Origin: Candidatus Omnitrophota bacterium | Lineage (GTDB): Bacteria > Omnitrophota > Gorgyraeia > Gygaellales > Gygaellaceae | Assembly (NCBI GenBank): GCA_018400015.1 | Contig: JAGYNB010000001.1 | Coordinates: 328,321 to 392,320 of the forward strand | Length of the DNA stretch: 64,000 bases | Direction: 5' to 3' | Shown: positions 41,723-51,568 of the stretch, one piece after another | Layout of the letters: each line of letters starts with the position of its first letter | How positions within the stretch are numbered: position 1 is the stretch's first letter | Translations under genes and position numbers: made by a program | The notes under the pieces: model-generated | The model's input: the letters and a program-made list of their open reading frames with translations, nothing else | What the model was told of the DNA's origin: nothing | Database searches by the model: none

Positions 41723-42394
41723 ATGCTGATAATTAATTTTTTAATACTTTTTTCGTCGATCTTGGCACTGATTGTGCTTACTGTTAGTATTATTTTTAAG
41801 GAAGAGGTGAATGTTGTTTTAGAAAAAGACCCCGCATCTCGTAATACAGTTGAGGTTATTCTTTTATACCAGGGATTACATGCAATTATTTTTCACAGGA
41901 TTGCACAGCTATTTTTGGAAATAAGGTTACTATTTGTCGCAAGGTTGATTTCACAGATTAGCAGATTCTTGACAGGAATCGAGATCCACCCTCAGGCTAA
42001 AATAGGTAAAGGTGTTTTTATCGATCATGGTATGGGGGTGGTAGTTGGTGAAACTGCTGTGATTGAAGACCGCGTATTAATTTATCAAGGTGTGACCTTA
42101 GGCGGAACTGGTATAAAAAAAGGAAAACGTCATCCGACAATAAATAAGAATGTGGTAATCGGCGCAGGTGCTAAAGTATTAGGGGATATAACTATCGGTG
42201 AGAATTCTTATATCGGAGCGAATGCTGTGGTTATAAAGGATGTTCCTGCGAATTCCACGGTTGTAGGTATCCCCGGCAGGATAACTAAGCAAGATGGCAA
42301 TAAGATTGATATTGCTTTAGACCACCTCCATATAATCGATCCGATTATGGAGAAAATCGAAGAGCTGGAAAAAGAGATAAAGAAAAATAAATAA
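41723..42394 (+). CDS. cysE: Serine O-acetyltransferase with N-terminal hydrophobic extension
   Basis: [30 protein letters not shown] hexapeptide repeats. Confidence 0.92.
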   Translation: MLIINFLILFSSILALIVLTVSIIFKEEVNVVLEKDPASRNTVEVILLYQGLHAIIFHRIAQLFLEIRLLFVARLISQISRFLTGIEIHPQAKIGKGVFIDHGMGVVVGETAVIEDRVLIYQGVTLGGTGIKKGKRHPTINKNVVIGAGAKVLGDITIGENSYIGANAVVIKDVPANSTVVGIPGRITKQDGNKIDIALDHLHIIDPIMEKIEELEKEIKKNK

Positions 42395-43827
42395 TGCCTA
42401 AGATAAAAATCAATAATTCTTTGGGGAAGGGCGAATTTGTTTTAGATAGCGATAAGCAAAAGACAGTAAATATCTATACCTGCGGGGTTACGGTTTACGA
42501 CGATTGTCATATCGGTCATGCCAGAAGTCTTTATATCTTTGACGTTGTCAGGCGCTACTTAAAGTATATAGGTTTTAAGGTTAATTTTGTGCGCAATATT
42601 ACAGATATCGACGATAAAATTATCAATAGGGCCAACGAATCAGGTATTGATTGGAAAGAGCTGATTGAAAAGTATATCGTTAGGTACTATGAAGATTTGG
42701 ATAGTTTAGGTATTGATAAAGGTATTCTTGACGGCAATGAAGAACCAAGAGCAACTAAAAACATAAAAGAAATAATCGAATATATAAACGTTTTGATTGA
42801 AAAAGATTTTGCTTATGAAACGCGGACTGGAGTTTATTTTAGTGTGCGCAAGTTTTCAGGCTATGGAAAACTTTCCAACCAAAGCATTGAACAGATGCTC
42901 ACAGGCGTAAGAAAGTCTCAAGATGAAACAAAAAAAGACCCGCTTGATTTTGCATTGTGGAAAAAGGCTAAAGAAAATGAGCCTTCATGGCCAAGTCCCT
43001 GGGGTGAAGGCAGGCCTGGCTGGCATATAGAGTGTTCTGTGATGAGCCAGAAGTATTTAAAGGCAGATACATTGGATATCCACGCAGGCGGAAGAGATTT
43101 GATCTTCCCTCACCATGAGAATGAAATCGCCCAGGCTGAGGCGAAAACCGGCAAGCCTTTTGCGAAATGCTGGATTCACCACGGGTTACTGACAATTAAT
43201 TCCCAGAAGATGTCCAAGTCTTTGGGTAATTTTGTGACGATAAAGGATTTTTTAACTAAATATAAGAACATGGATTTGTTGAAGCTTTTCTTTTTATCTG
43301 CCCATTATTCCCAGAGCATTGATTATAGCGATAAGAAGATACAAGAGGTAAAAAACGCATATGAAAGCATTGTTATTTTAAGGAATAGGCTTATTAAAGA
43401 ATTTGGTTCAGTAGATTTAACTAAGGCTGTCAAACAGGGCACAGGCAATATGATGTTATTTAAAAATAAATTCATCGAATACATGGATAATGATTTTAAT
43501 ATGCCCAGAGCTTTGTCAGTTTTATTCGATATGGTGCATAATTGTAATAAGCTGCTAGATAGTGATGATGAATTAAAGCCGTTTATCCTGCGTTATGCAA
43601 TAGACACAATGAAAGAGATAACTGATATTTTTGGGTTAGAGTTTTTAGAAAACGATAGTTTAGATGAAGATGAGAAAAAGGAAATTGTTAAACAAATAGA
43701 CTTAAGAACACAATTAAAAAAAGAAAAGAAATTCAAAGAAGCTGATGAAATAAGGACTAACCTAGAGAATAAAGGTATAGTAATCGAGGATACTAAAGAA
43801 GGCACAACATGGCGAAGAAAGATCTAA
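42394..43827 (+). CDS. cysS: Cysteine--tRNA ligase
   Basis: CGVTVYD, HIGH, GRPGWHIECS, FPHHENE, KMSKS. Confidence 0.98.
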   Translation: MPKIKINNSLGKGEFVLDSDKQKTVNIYTCGVTVYDDCHIGHARSLYIFDVVRRYLKYIGFKVNFVRNITDIDDKIINRANESGIDWKELIEKYIVRYYEDLDSLGIDKGILDGNEEPRATKNIKEIIEYINVLIEKDFAYETRTGVYFSVRKFSGYGKLSNQSIEQMLTGVRKSQDETKKDPLDFALWKKAKENEPSWPSPWGEGRPGWHIECSVMSQKYLKADTLDIHAGGRDLIFPHHENEIAQAEAKTGKPFAKCWIHHGLLTINSQKMSKSLGNFVTIKDFLTKYKNMDLLKLFFLSAHYSQSIDYSDKKIQEVKNAYESIVILRNRLIKEFGSVDLTKAVKQGTGNMMLFKNKFIEYMDNDFNMPRALSVLFDMVHNCNKLLDSDDELKPFILRYAIDTMKEITDIFGLEFLENDSLDEDEKKEIVKQIDLRTQLKKEKKFKEADEIRTNLENKGIVIEDTKEGTTWRRKI

Positions 43828-44465
43828 AAGGTTTATTTATTACTTTTGAAGGTTCAGAAGGCTCTGGTAAAAGCACCCAATCAAAGATGCTTTGTTCTTT
43901 TATAAAAAAAAGCGGGTTAGATTGTATTGTTGTAAGAGAGCCGGGTAGTACAAAGATAAGCGAGAGAATAAGAGATATTTTATTGGATTGTAAAAATAAA
44001 AATATGTCTAAAGTTACGGAAATGCTTCTTTATATGGCAGCACGCGCTCAGATAGTGGAAGAGCTGATTATGCCGGCTTTGAAAAAAGGAAAAGTAGTAA
44101 TCTGTGACCGGTTTTTAGATTCTACCATTGCTTATCAAGGATATGGCCTTGGCATGGATATAGGTTTGATTAAAAGAATCGGTAGTTTGGTGAGTGTAAA
44201 GATTAAGCCGGACTTGACATTTTTATTGGATCTGCCGTTAAAGCAGGGTTTGAAGAATTGCCATAGAGTGAAAAACCGTAAAGACCGTATTGAGAAAAGA
44301 AGCCTTAGCTATCATTCGCGTGTAAGAAACGGCTATTTAAGCCTTGCCTTAAAAGAGTCTTCCAGAATTAAGTTGGTAACTGTAGAAAAAGATGTTTTTA
44401 AAACTCAAGCAAATATCAGAAAACATATCTTGAGCTTGTTAAGAAGAAGATCTTTATGCAGATAA
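43809..44465 (+). CDS. tmk: Thymidylate kinase
   Basis: FEGSEGSGKST, CDRFLDSTIAYQG. Confidence 0.96.
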   Translation: MAKKDLKGLFITFEGSEGSGKSTQSKMLCSFIKKSGLDCIVVREPGSTKISERIRDILLDCKNKNMSKVTEMLLYMAARAQIVEELIMPALKKGKVVICDRFLDSTIAYQGYGLGMDIGLIKRIGSLVSVKIKPDLTFLLDLPLKQGLKNCHRVKNRKDRIEKRSLSYHSRVRNGYLSLALKESSRIKLVTVEKDVFKTQANIRKHILSLLRRRSLCR

Positions 44466-45424
44466 ATAAAAATTATGGCCAGGATAGAGTGATTAGTTAT
44501 TTAAAATCAGCGATTGAAAATAAACGCCTGGCAAACACCTATTTGTTTATCGGTCCTTTAGGAATAGATAAGCTAAATATTGCTATAGATTTTGCCAAGG
44601 CTTTAAATTGTGATAAGGCAGAATTAGTAAGTGGGTGTAGCTGTCAAAGCTGCATATTAATTGATAAAAATCAGCATCCGGATGTAATAATTTTTGGAAA
44701 TAGCGGCAGCTCGATAAAAATTGATGAAATAAGGTATATCCAGCAAAGATTAACCTTAAGGGCTTATATGGCTAAGATAAAAGTAGTTATAGTGCCTGAT
44801 ATTGAACGTTTAACTCCTGATGCAAGTAATTGTTTTTTGAAAACTTTAGAAGAGCCGTCAAAAAACTCGTTGATTATCCTTACCGCTAGTAGCGCTTCTT
44901 TGGTTTTTCCTACGATACTATCGCGTTGCCATAAGATAAATTTTAGCTGCTCTTGTAAAGATATTGTTTCGTTAGAACTGGAATCTATGCTTGGGCTTGA
45001 TAAGAATAAATCTCGCTGTCTTGCCGGATTTACTTCAGGAAGACTGCCTTTGGCAATAGAACTAAATAAAAACAATTTTTTCGAACTGCGCGATAAAGTA
45101 ATAGATCTATTCTTGCAAAGCGAGCGTCGGATTGTCGACAGTGAGTTTTTATCTAAGATAAGCAGCAAAAGTGATATAAGTCTAATTTTTTCTATTATCC
45201 TTACTTATCTTAGGGACATAAGAGTATTGAAAACTTCACAGGATGAAATCGCAATTATAAACTTAGATATAATAGATAAGTTAAAGCAGTCATTAGATAG
45301 TGTTACTGTTAGTGATATCGATAGCACCTCAAATGAACTTATGCAGGCAGTTGGTAATATTGACAGAAACTTGAATATGAAGTTGTTTTTAAATTATCTT
45401 AATTCAAAATTAACAAGGGTGTAA
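44456..45424 (+). CDS. holB: DNA polymerase III delta' subunit
   Basis: Zn motif, HPD, LKTLEEP, TILSRC. Confidence 0.9.
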   Translation: MQINKNYGQDRVISYLKSAIENKRLANTYLFIGPLGIDKLNIAIDFAKALNCDKAELVSGCSCQSCILIDKNQHPDVIIFGNSGSSIKIDEIRYIQQRLTLRAYMAKIKVVIVPDIERLTPDASNCFLKTLEEPSKNSLIILTASSASLVFPTILSRCHKINFSCSCKDIVSLELESMLGLDKNKSRCLAGFTSGRLPLAIELNKNNFFELRDKVIDLFLQSERRIVDSEFLSKISSKSDISLIFSIILTYLRDIRVLKTSQDEIAIINLDIIDKLKQSLDSVTVSDIDSTSNELMQAVGNIDRNLNMKLFLNYLNSKLTRV

Positions 45425-45426
45425 AA

Positions 45427-46218
45427 ATGGAAAAACTTATTCAGGTAAGGCTACGAGATGCAGGGCGTTTGGTTTATTGTTATTTTCCGGAAGGATTTAC
45501 GGTTAAAATATCGGACTGGGTAATTGTTGATACGGATAAAAGCGCTGAATGCGCACAGGTAGTTACGGATGCAATGTCTGTAGATGATGTAGAATCATCA
45601 GAAGTGCCAAGTAAGATTTCCAGGATTGCAACTGAAAATGATTTAAAAAGAATAGAAGAGAATAAATCAAAGGCAAAAAATGCTTTTTCTGTTTGTGAAA
45701 AGCATATTGAAAAACATAAACTTGACATGAAACTTGTGGATGCGGAATATACATTCGATAGAAGCAAAATTATTTTCTATTTTACCGCTGAAGGAAGGGT
45801 TGATTTCAGAAATTTACTTAAAGATCTGGCTAAGATATTTAAAACAAGAATTGAACTTCGTCAGATCGGCGTTCGCGATGAGGCAAAGCTTTTTGGCGGG
45901 ATTGGCGTGTGTGGAAAGAAACTCTGTTGTACGACTTTTTTGAAGGATTTTGATCCGGTTACGATTAAGATGGCTAAAGAGCAAGGACTACCTTTAAACC
46001 CTCCAAAAATTTCCGGTATCTGCGGGAGGCTCATGTGTTGTTTAAGTTATGAGTATAAAGGTTATAAGGAGCTTTTGAAGAAAATGCCCCGCGAGGGAGA
46101 AAAGATAAAAGTTGCTAATGGAAAAGGGAAGGTAATTGCAGTAAATCCTTTAAAGCAAAGCGTTACTGTCGAGCTTGAATCAGGTGCGCATGTAGAAGTT
46201 AAAATTGATAAGTCATGA
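45427..46218 (+). CDS. ricT: PSP1 domain protein (YaaT/RicT)
   Basis: RVDFR, RQIGVRDEAK, CGKKLCC, SGICGRLMCCL. Confidence 0.92.
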   Translation: MEKLIQVRLRDAGRLVYCYFPEGFTVKISDWVIVDTDKSAECAQVVTDAMSVDDVESSEVPSKISRIATENDLKRIEENKSKAKNAFSVCEKHIEKHKLDMKLVDAEYTFDRSKIIFYFTAEGRVDFRNLLKDLAKIFKTRIELRQIGVRDEAKLFGGIGVCGKKLCCTTFLKDFDPVTIKMAKEQGLPLNPPKISGICGRLMCCLSYEYKGYKELLKKMPREGEKIKVANGKGKVIAVNPLKQSVTVELESGAHVEVKIDKS

Positions 46219-47714
46219 AAGATAAATTCTATATTACAACACCGCTTTATTATGTCAATGCTTCTGCTCATATAGGGCATTCTTATACAAATATTGCCGC
46301 AGATTCAATTGCCCGGTTTATGCGTAGCGTAAAAGGACAGGAAAATGTCTGGTTTTTAACAGGTACGGATGAACACGGACAGAAAATAGAGCGTTCAGCC
46401 AGGGAAGCAGGTCTCGAGCCTAAAGAATTTACCGATAAGGTGGTGATGACATTTAAGGAACTATGGAAGATCTTGAATATTTCAAATAATGATTTTATTA
46501 GAACTACCGAGCCAAGGCATATCACCACAGTTAGAAATGTTTTGAATATTCTTTATAAAAAAAACGATATTTATAAACAGAATTACGAAGGGTGGTACTG
46601 TACGCCTTGCGAAACATTTTGGAGCGATTCTCAGATTGAAGATAATCTTTGTCCTGATTGTAAAAGAAAATTAGAGAGAATAAGTGAAAATAATTATTTC
46701 TTCAGAATGTCTGGTTATCAAGATTGGTTGGTTGAATATATTGAAAGGGATCCTTTGTTTATACGTCCGGAAATTAGAAGAAACGAAATATTGAGTTTCC
46801 TAAAACTTAATAAGCTTTCGGATTTATGTATTTCCAGGCCCAAAGAGAGACTTAATTGGGGTATCGAACTTCCCTTTAGCAAGGATCATGTAACCTATGT
46901 TTGGTTTGATGCTTTGATAAACTATATAAGCGCAGTAGGCTTTTTTGACGATAAAGGAAGGTATGTTTCCAAATGGTGGCCTGCGGATTTACAGCTTATT
47001 GGTAAAGATATCCTAAGGCATCATTGTGTATACTGGCCGATTATGCTAAAAGCGCTTAATTTGCAGATGCCAAAAACTATCTTTGCACACGGTTGGTGGA
47101 TGATCAATAAAGACAAGATGTCCAAGTCCAAAGGCAATGTTGTTTCCCCTGTAGATATGGTGAATAAATTCGGTGTGGATAGCTATCGTTATTTTTTGCT
47201 TCGCGATGTTCCATTTGGTATGGATGGAAATTTTTCCATAGATTCTTTGATCAAAAGGATCAATTCTGATTTAGCTAATGATTTGGGCAATCTTTTGCAC
47301 AGGACTGTGACAATGGTAGAGAAGTATTTTTCAGGAAAAATGCCTACGAAGGAAGTGACTTTTGATGAAAACACAATGTTTATAAAAGAAAAGGGCGAGT
47401 CTTTTAAGGGATCTATTAACAAGATAATTTCTTGTGAAAGTGATTATAATTTTAGTTTTGCCCTTGAATCAATCTGGGAGTTGATTAATATAGCCAATAA
47501 GCATGTAGAACAGACCAAGCCCTGGAATTTGCTTAAGGAAGAGAAAATAACAGAACTTGAGAACTTTATTTTGATTATGAAGTACTGTATTGACCATGTT
47601 GTAGAGGCGCTTGTACCGTTTATGCCTGAGACTTGCGCAGAGATCATAAAACAAATTAGTGCCGATGTTATAACAAAAGAAAAACCGCTTTTCCCCCGTT
47701 TAGAAATTAAATAA
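46215..47714 (+). CDS. metG: Methionine--tRNA ligase (short form, no C-terminal tRNA-binding domain)
   Basis: FYITTPLYY, HIGH, GTDEHG, YVWFDAL, KMSKS. Confidence 0.97.
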   Translation: MKDKFYITTPLYYVNASAHIGHSYTNIAADSIARFMRSVKGQENVWFLTGTDEHGQKIERSAREAGLEPKEFTDKVVMTFKELWKILNISNNDFIRTTEPRHITTVRNVLNILYKKNDIYKQNYEGWYCTPCETFWSDSQIEDNLCPDCKRKLERISENNYFFRMSGYQDWLVEYIERDPLFIRPEIRRNEILSFLKLNKLSDLCISRPKERLNWGIELPFSKDHVTYVWFDALINYISAVGFFDDKGRYVSKWWPADLQLIGKDILRHHCVYWPIMLKALNLQMPKTIFAHGWWMINKDKMSKSKGNVVSPVDMVNKFGVDSYRYFLLRDVPFGMDGNFSIDSLIKRINSDLANDLGNLLHRTVTMVEKYFSGKMPTKEVTFDENTMFIKEKGESFKGSINKIISCESDYNFSFALESIWELINIANKHVEQTKPWNLLKEEKITELENFILIMKYCIDHVVEALVPFMPETCAEIIKQISADVITKEKPLFPRLEIK

Positions 47715-47726
47715 CAGTCTATTCTT

Positions 47727-48500
47727 ATGCTAAGCGATACACATTGTCATCTTGATTTTCCTGATTATGATAAAGACAGGCTTGAGGTTATTCAAAGAGC
47801 CAGGGATTCAGGCATAAAATTAATTATTAATGTCGGCTCTGATATTGAGCATAGTATTGCTGCCGTTAGTCTGGCTGATGAATTTGATTTTATCTATGCC
47901 TGCGTAGGTATTCATCCGCATGATGCGAAGACTTATTCAGAAGATACTTTATCCCAGCTGAAAGAACTTATAAAAAAACCAAAAGTTGTAGGTATGGGCG
48001 AAATTGGTCTTGATTATTTTCGAAATCTTTCGCCAAAAGATGTTCAAATCGATTTATTTAATAAAATATTATCTATGGCAAGAGAAAGCAACCTTCCTGT
48101 AGTTATACATTCGCGACAGGCGCAAATCGATACCATAAAGATACTAAAAGATCATGCGCAAGGTGGATTGTTGACAGGTGTAGTGCATTGTTTTTCCGGA
48201 GATGAATTGTTTTTAAAGGAATGCCTTGAATTAGGGTTGAATATTTCTTTTACCTGTAATATAACTTATAAGAAAGCGAGCAACTTAAGAGAATTTGTAA
48301 AATTATGCCCCGTAGAGAAGATTTTACTTGAGACGGATAGTCCTTTTTTGCCTCCTGAGGGTAAAAGAGGCACACGTAATGAGCCGGGTAATGTTAGTTT
48401 TCTTGCTAAGGCAATAAGCGAAATCAAAAATATTGATTATGAAATGGTAAACAGAATTACTTTTGAAAATGCCTGTAGGCTATTCTCTATTAGTTCTTAA
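47727..48500 (+). CDS. tatD: TatD family nuclease
   Basis: DTHCHL, GIHPH, GEIGLDY, HCFSG, ETDSP. Confidence 0.95.
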   Translation: MLSDTHCHLDFPDYDKDRLEVIQRARDSGIKLIINVGSDIEHSIAAVSLADEFDFIYACVGIHPHDAKTYSEDTLSQLKELIKKPKVVGMGEIGLDYFRNLSPKDVQIDLFNKILSMARESNLPVVIHSRQAQIDTIKILKDHAQGGLLTGVVHCFSGDELFLKECLELGLNISFTCNITYKKASNLREFVKLCPVEKILLETDSPFLPPEGKRGTRNEPGNVSFLAKAISEIKNIDYEMVNRITFENACRLFSISS

Positions 48501-48515
48501 AATTAAGGATTTATT

Positions 48516-49562
48516 ATGAAGATTGAAACTATTCAGTGGAATAAAAATGCAGTAAGGTTGATAGATCAAACTAAATTACCATCAAGGTTGACTTATGTTG
48601 ATATAAAAAGTTTGTCAAAGTTGATCTATGCCATTAGGACAATGAAGATAAGAGGGGCACCTGCTTTGGGCGTAGCTGCAGCCTTAGGCATGTATCTGGG
48701 AATTAAAGACGTAAAAACAAAAAGCAGCAAATTATTTTTTTCTAAGCTGAAGAAAGTTGCAGAATTAATCGCCGGTAGTCGTCCTACTGCCAGAAATCTT
48801 TTTTGGGCGATAGAAAGAATACTTGAAGTGGCTAATCAAAACGATAATCGTTCTATTGCGGAAATTAAGAAATTTATTCTTAAAACCGCTCTTATGATCT
48901 TGGAAGAAGATAGAATTATCTGTAGAAATATAGGTTGTCACGGGCAAGAGCTTATCAAAAATAATTATTCAGTGTTAACTATATGCAATGCCGGCATATT
49001 AGCAACGGTTGATTATGGAACGTCTTTAGCAGCTATTTATAGCGCTAAGGAAAAAGGCAAGAAATTTAAAGTTTATGCCTGTGAGACAAGGCCGGTTTTA
49101 CAGGGCGCAAGGCTTACCGCATGGGAGTTGAACAAGAATAAAATAGATGTAATCTTGATTTGTGATAATATGGCAGCAAGCCTGATGCAAAAAGGAGAAA
49201 TCGATATGGTTATTGTTGGTGCAGATAGAATCGCCGAAAATGCAGATACGGCAAATAAAATCGGCACATATAACTTGGCAGTATTAGCAAACTATCATAA
49301 AGTACCTTTTTTTGTTGCTGCACCAAGTTCTACTTTTGATTTCGGTATAAAAACAGGAAAAGATATTATTATTGAACAGCGCTCCCATGAAGAGGTTACT
49401 AAGAGTTTCTTTAAAAAACCTATTGCTCCTGAAAACGTGAAGGTTTATAATCCTGCTTTTGATGTTACTCCGAATAGGCTTATCAGTGCAATCATTACCG
49501 AAAAAGGCATTATTAAGAAACCTTTTAAGAATTTGAGAAAAAAAATCCATGAAATTGGCTGA
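48516..49562 (+). CDS. mtnA: S-methyl-5-thioribose-1-phosphate isomerase
   Basis: IRGAPA, RPTARNL, ETRPVLQGARLTAWE, ANKIGT, NPAFDVTP. Confidence 0.95.
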   Translation: MKIETIQWNKNAVRLIDQTKLPSRLTYVDIKSLSKLIYAIRTMKIRGAPALGVAAALGMYLGIKDVKTKSSKLFFSKLKKVAELIAGSRPTARNLFWAIERILEVANQNDNRSIAEIKKFILKTALMILEEDRIICRNIGCHGQELIKNNYSVLTICNAGILATVDYGTSLAAIYSAKEKGKKFKVYACETRPVLQGARLTAWELNKNKIDVILICDNMAASLMQKGEIDMVIVGADRIAENADTANKIGTYNLAVLANYHKVPFFVAAPSSTFDFGIKTGKDIIIEQRSHEEVTKSFFKKPIAPENVKVYNPAFDVTPNRLISAIITEKGIIKKPFKNLRKKIHEIG

Positions 49563-50445
49563 TTTGGGCGAAGAGAGATTGATCGAGTTTTTTAAACAGA
49601 ACAACCGATATCACAATAAGGTTTTGGTAGGTATTGGCGATGATGCCGCAGTTGTTAGAATAGGGAAGAGCACAATTACATATAGTTGTGATATGTTTGT
49701 TGAGGGGACACATTTTTTAAGAAAAGATGATAGCTTTTTTTTGGGCGCAAAGGCAATAACTGCCTGTGTAAGCGATTTGTCTTCTATGGGGTCAAAGGCG
49801 TTATTTGTAAGCGCTTCTTTAGGTGTTCCCTCGGATATAGATTTTAATTACGTGAAAAGGCTTTTTAAGGGCTTGACCGAAACAGCCAAAAAGTTTAAGG
49901 TCGATTTAGTTACTGGTGATAGTGTTTGTTCAGAGAAAATATGTCTTGATATTTCAGCTATTGGTACACTTTTTAAGAGGGCTATCTTAAGAAACACAGC
50001 AAAATTAGGCGATTATATATTTGTTACTGGAGCTCTCGGAAAGGCGCGCTATAATCACGGGTATACTATTTGTAATAGGGCGAAAGAGTCATTTTACTTG
50101 GCTAAAGGATATAATATCCATGCGATGATTGATATCTCCGATGGACTTTTTAAGGATCTTTCGCGTATTTGTAAGGCAAGCAGAAAAGGGGCTGTCCTTT
50201 TGAAAGAAAATATTCCTCTATATAAGAAATCTACTGTTAGCGATGCTTTATTCAAAGGCGAAGATTTTGAATTGCTTTTTTGTCTTGGTCAAGCGGGTGC
50301 CGCAAAACTTATAAAAGAAAAAAAATATAAATTCAGCTGTATTGGCAGGATTGTCGATGAAAGTTACAATTTAAGCATGGTTGATAAAAAAGGTAAAGTT
50401 GTTATTTTAGATAAAGACCTGTCTTTTGAGCATTTCAAGAAATGA
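49549..50445 (+). CDS. thiL: Thiamine-monophosphate kinase
   Basis: GIGDDAA, EGTHF, SDLSSMG, IDISDGL, GEDFELL. Confidence 0.92.
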   Translation: MKLADLGEERLIEFFKQNNRYHNKVLVGIGDDAAVVRIGKSTITYSCDMFVEGTHFLRKDDSFFLGAKAITACVSDLSSMGSKALFVSASLGVPSDIDFNYVKRLFKGLTETAKKFKVDLVTGDSVCSEKICLDISAIGTLFKRAILRNTAKLGDYIFVTGALGKARYNHGYTICNRAKESFYLAKGYNIHAMIDISDGLFKDLSRICKASRKGAVLLKENIPLYKKSTVSDALFKGEDFELLFCLGQAGAAKLIKEKKYKFSCIGRIVDESYNLSMVDKKGKVVILDKDLSFEHFKK

Positions 50446-50900
50446 AAATAGTTTCAAGTAGCAGTATAGATACAATTCAGGTTGCAAAAAGGCTTTCTCG
50501 GTATCTTAGAAAAGGTGATTGCGTTGTTTTAGAAGGACCCTTAGGATCTGGCAAGACTGTGTTTGCCAAAGGTATTGCTTCTGGTATGGGTTTTGACCCG
50601 GATCAGGTTACGAGTTCTTCGTTTGTTTTGATGCAGCAGTATAAAACCAAGAGAATGGATATCTATCATCTGGATTTTTATAGGATAAAATCAATGATTG
50701 ATCTACACGGTATTGGCTACGAAGAAGTTTTTTCTTCAAAAGGTCTTACTATCGTAGAATGGCCAGATATAATAGAGGGATTCTTGTCGGAAGATCATAT
50801 TGTGGTAAAAATTAAGACAATAAGCCCAACGAAACGTTCCATAGATATCGATAGTAAAAATAAAAGAATAAAAAAGATTTTAACTAGGTTAGCTAAATGA
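50442..50900 (+). CDS. tsaE: tRNA t6A biosynthesis ATPase
   Basis: GPLGSGKT, YHLDFYR, VEWP. Confidence 0.94.
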   Translation: MKIVSSSSIDTIQVAKRLSRYLRKGDCVVLEGPLGSGKTVFAKGIASGMGFDPDQVTSSSFVLMQQYKTKRMDIYHLDFYRIKSMIDLHGIGYEEVFSSKGLTIVEWPDIIEGFLSEDHIVVKIKTISPTKRSIDIDSKNKRIKKILTRLAK

Positions 50901-51568
50901 ATTTATTAGGAATAGACACTTCTGGTGAGTATTCGCATATCGTTTTATCAAAAGGCGATATCACAAAATCAATAAGATTTAAAAGGCAGTTCAACAGATA
51001 TCCGGAGTCCTCTTTTTTATTGAGAATAAAAGAGCTTTTGAAAAATAATCGATTATCTCTAACGGATTTAGATGCGTTTATTATCGGCAGGGGTCCTGGT
51101 TCGTTTACTGGCTTGAGAGTTGGTTTTGCTACACTTTTTGGCCTTAATTTTGTCATGCAAATACCGGTAGTGGGTTTATCCAGTCTTGATTTTATTGCCT
51201 GGAATGCCAAAAAAACTGATTTTGATAATATTTGTGTTATCCAGGATGCAAGAAGGGGACTTGTTTACGCTTGTATTTACAAGTTAGAGGATGGTTTTTT
51301 AAGAAGAAGCTGCCGCTATTTATTGATTAAGCCTGATGATTTTGTTAAAATGGTTAAGAAAAATAGTTGTATATTAGGTGACGGTTTAAAATGCTATAAA
51401 CATATTTTTAATAGTTTTACTTGTCTAGACGAAGGTTATTGGCAGATAAAGTCAGTTTCGATAATAGAATTAGCTAAACTTTCCATAAAGGAAAGATCTT
51501 TGAGTAATTTTAGAAATAAAGTATTACCATTATATTTATACGATAAAGAATGCCAGATAAAAAAATGA
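50897..51568 (+). CDS. tsaB: tRNA t6A biosynthesis protein
   Basis: LGIDTS, GPGSFTGLRVG, DARRG. Confidence 0.93.
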   Translation: MNLLGIDTSGEYSHIVLSKGDITKSIRFKRQFNRYPESSFLLRIKELLKNNRLSLTDLDAFIIGRGPGSFTGLRVGFATLFGLNFVMQIPVVGLSSLDFIAWNAKKTDFDNICVIQDARRGLVYACIYKLEDGFLRRSCRYLLIKPDDFVKMVKKNSCILGDGLKCYKHIFNSFTCLDEGYWQIKSVSIIELAKLSIKERSLSNFRNKVLPLYLYDKECQIKK

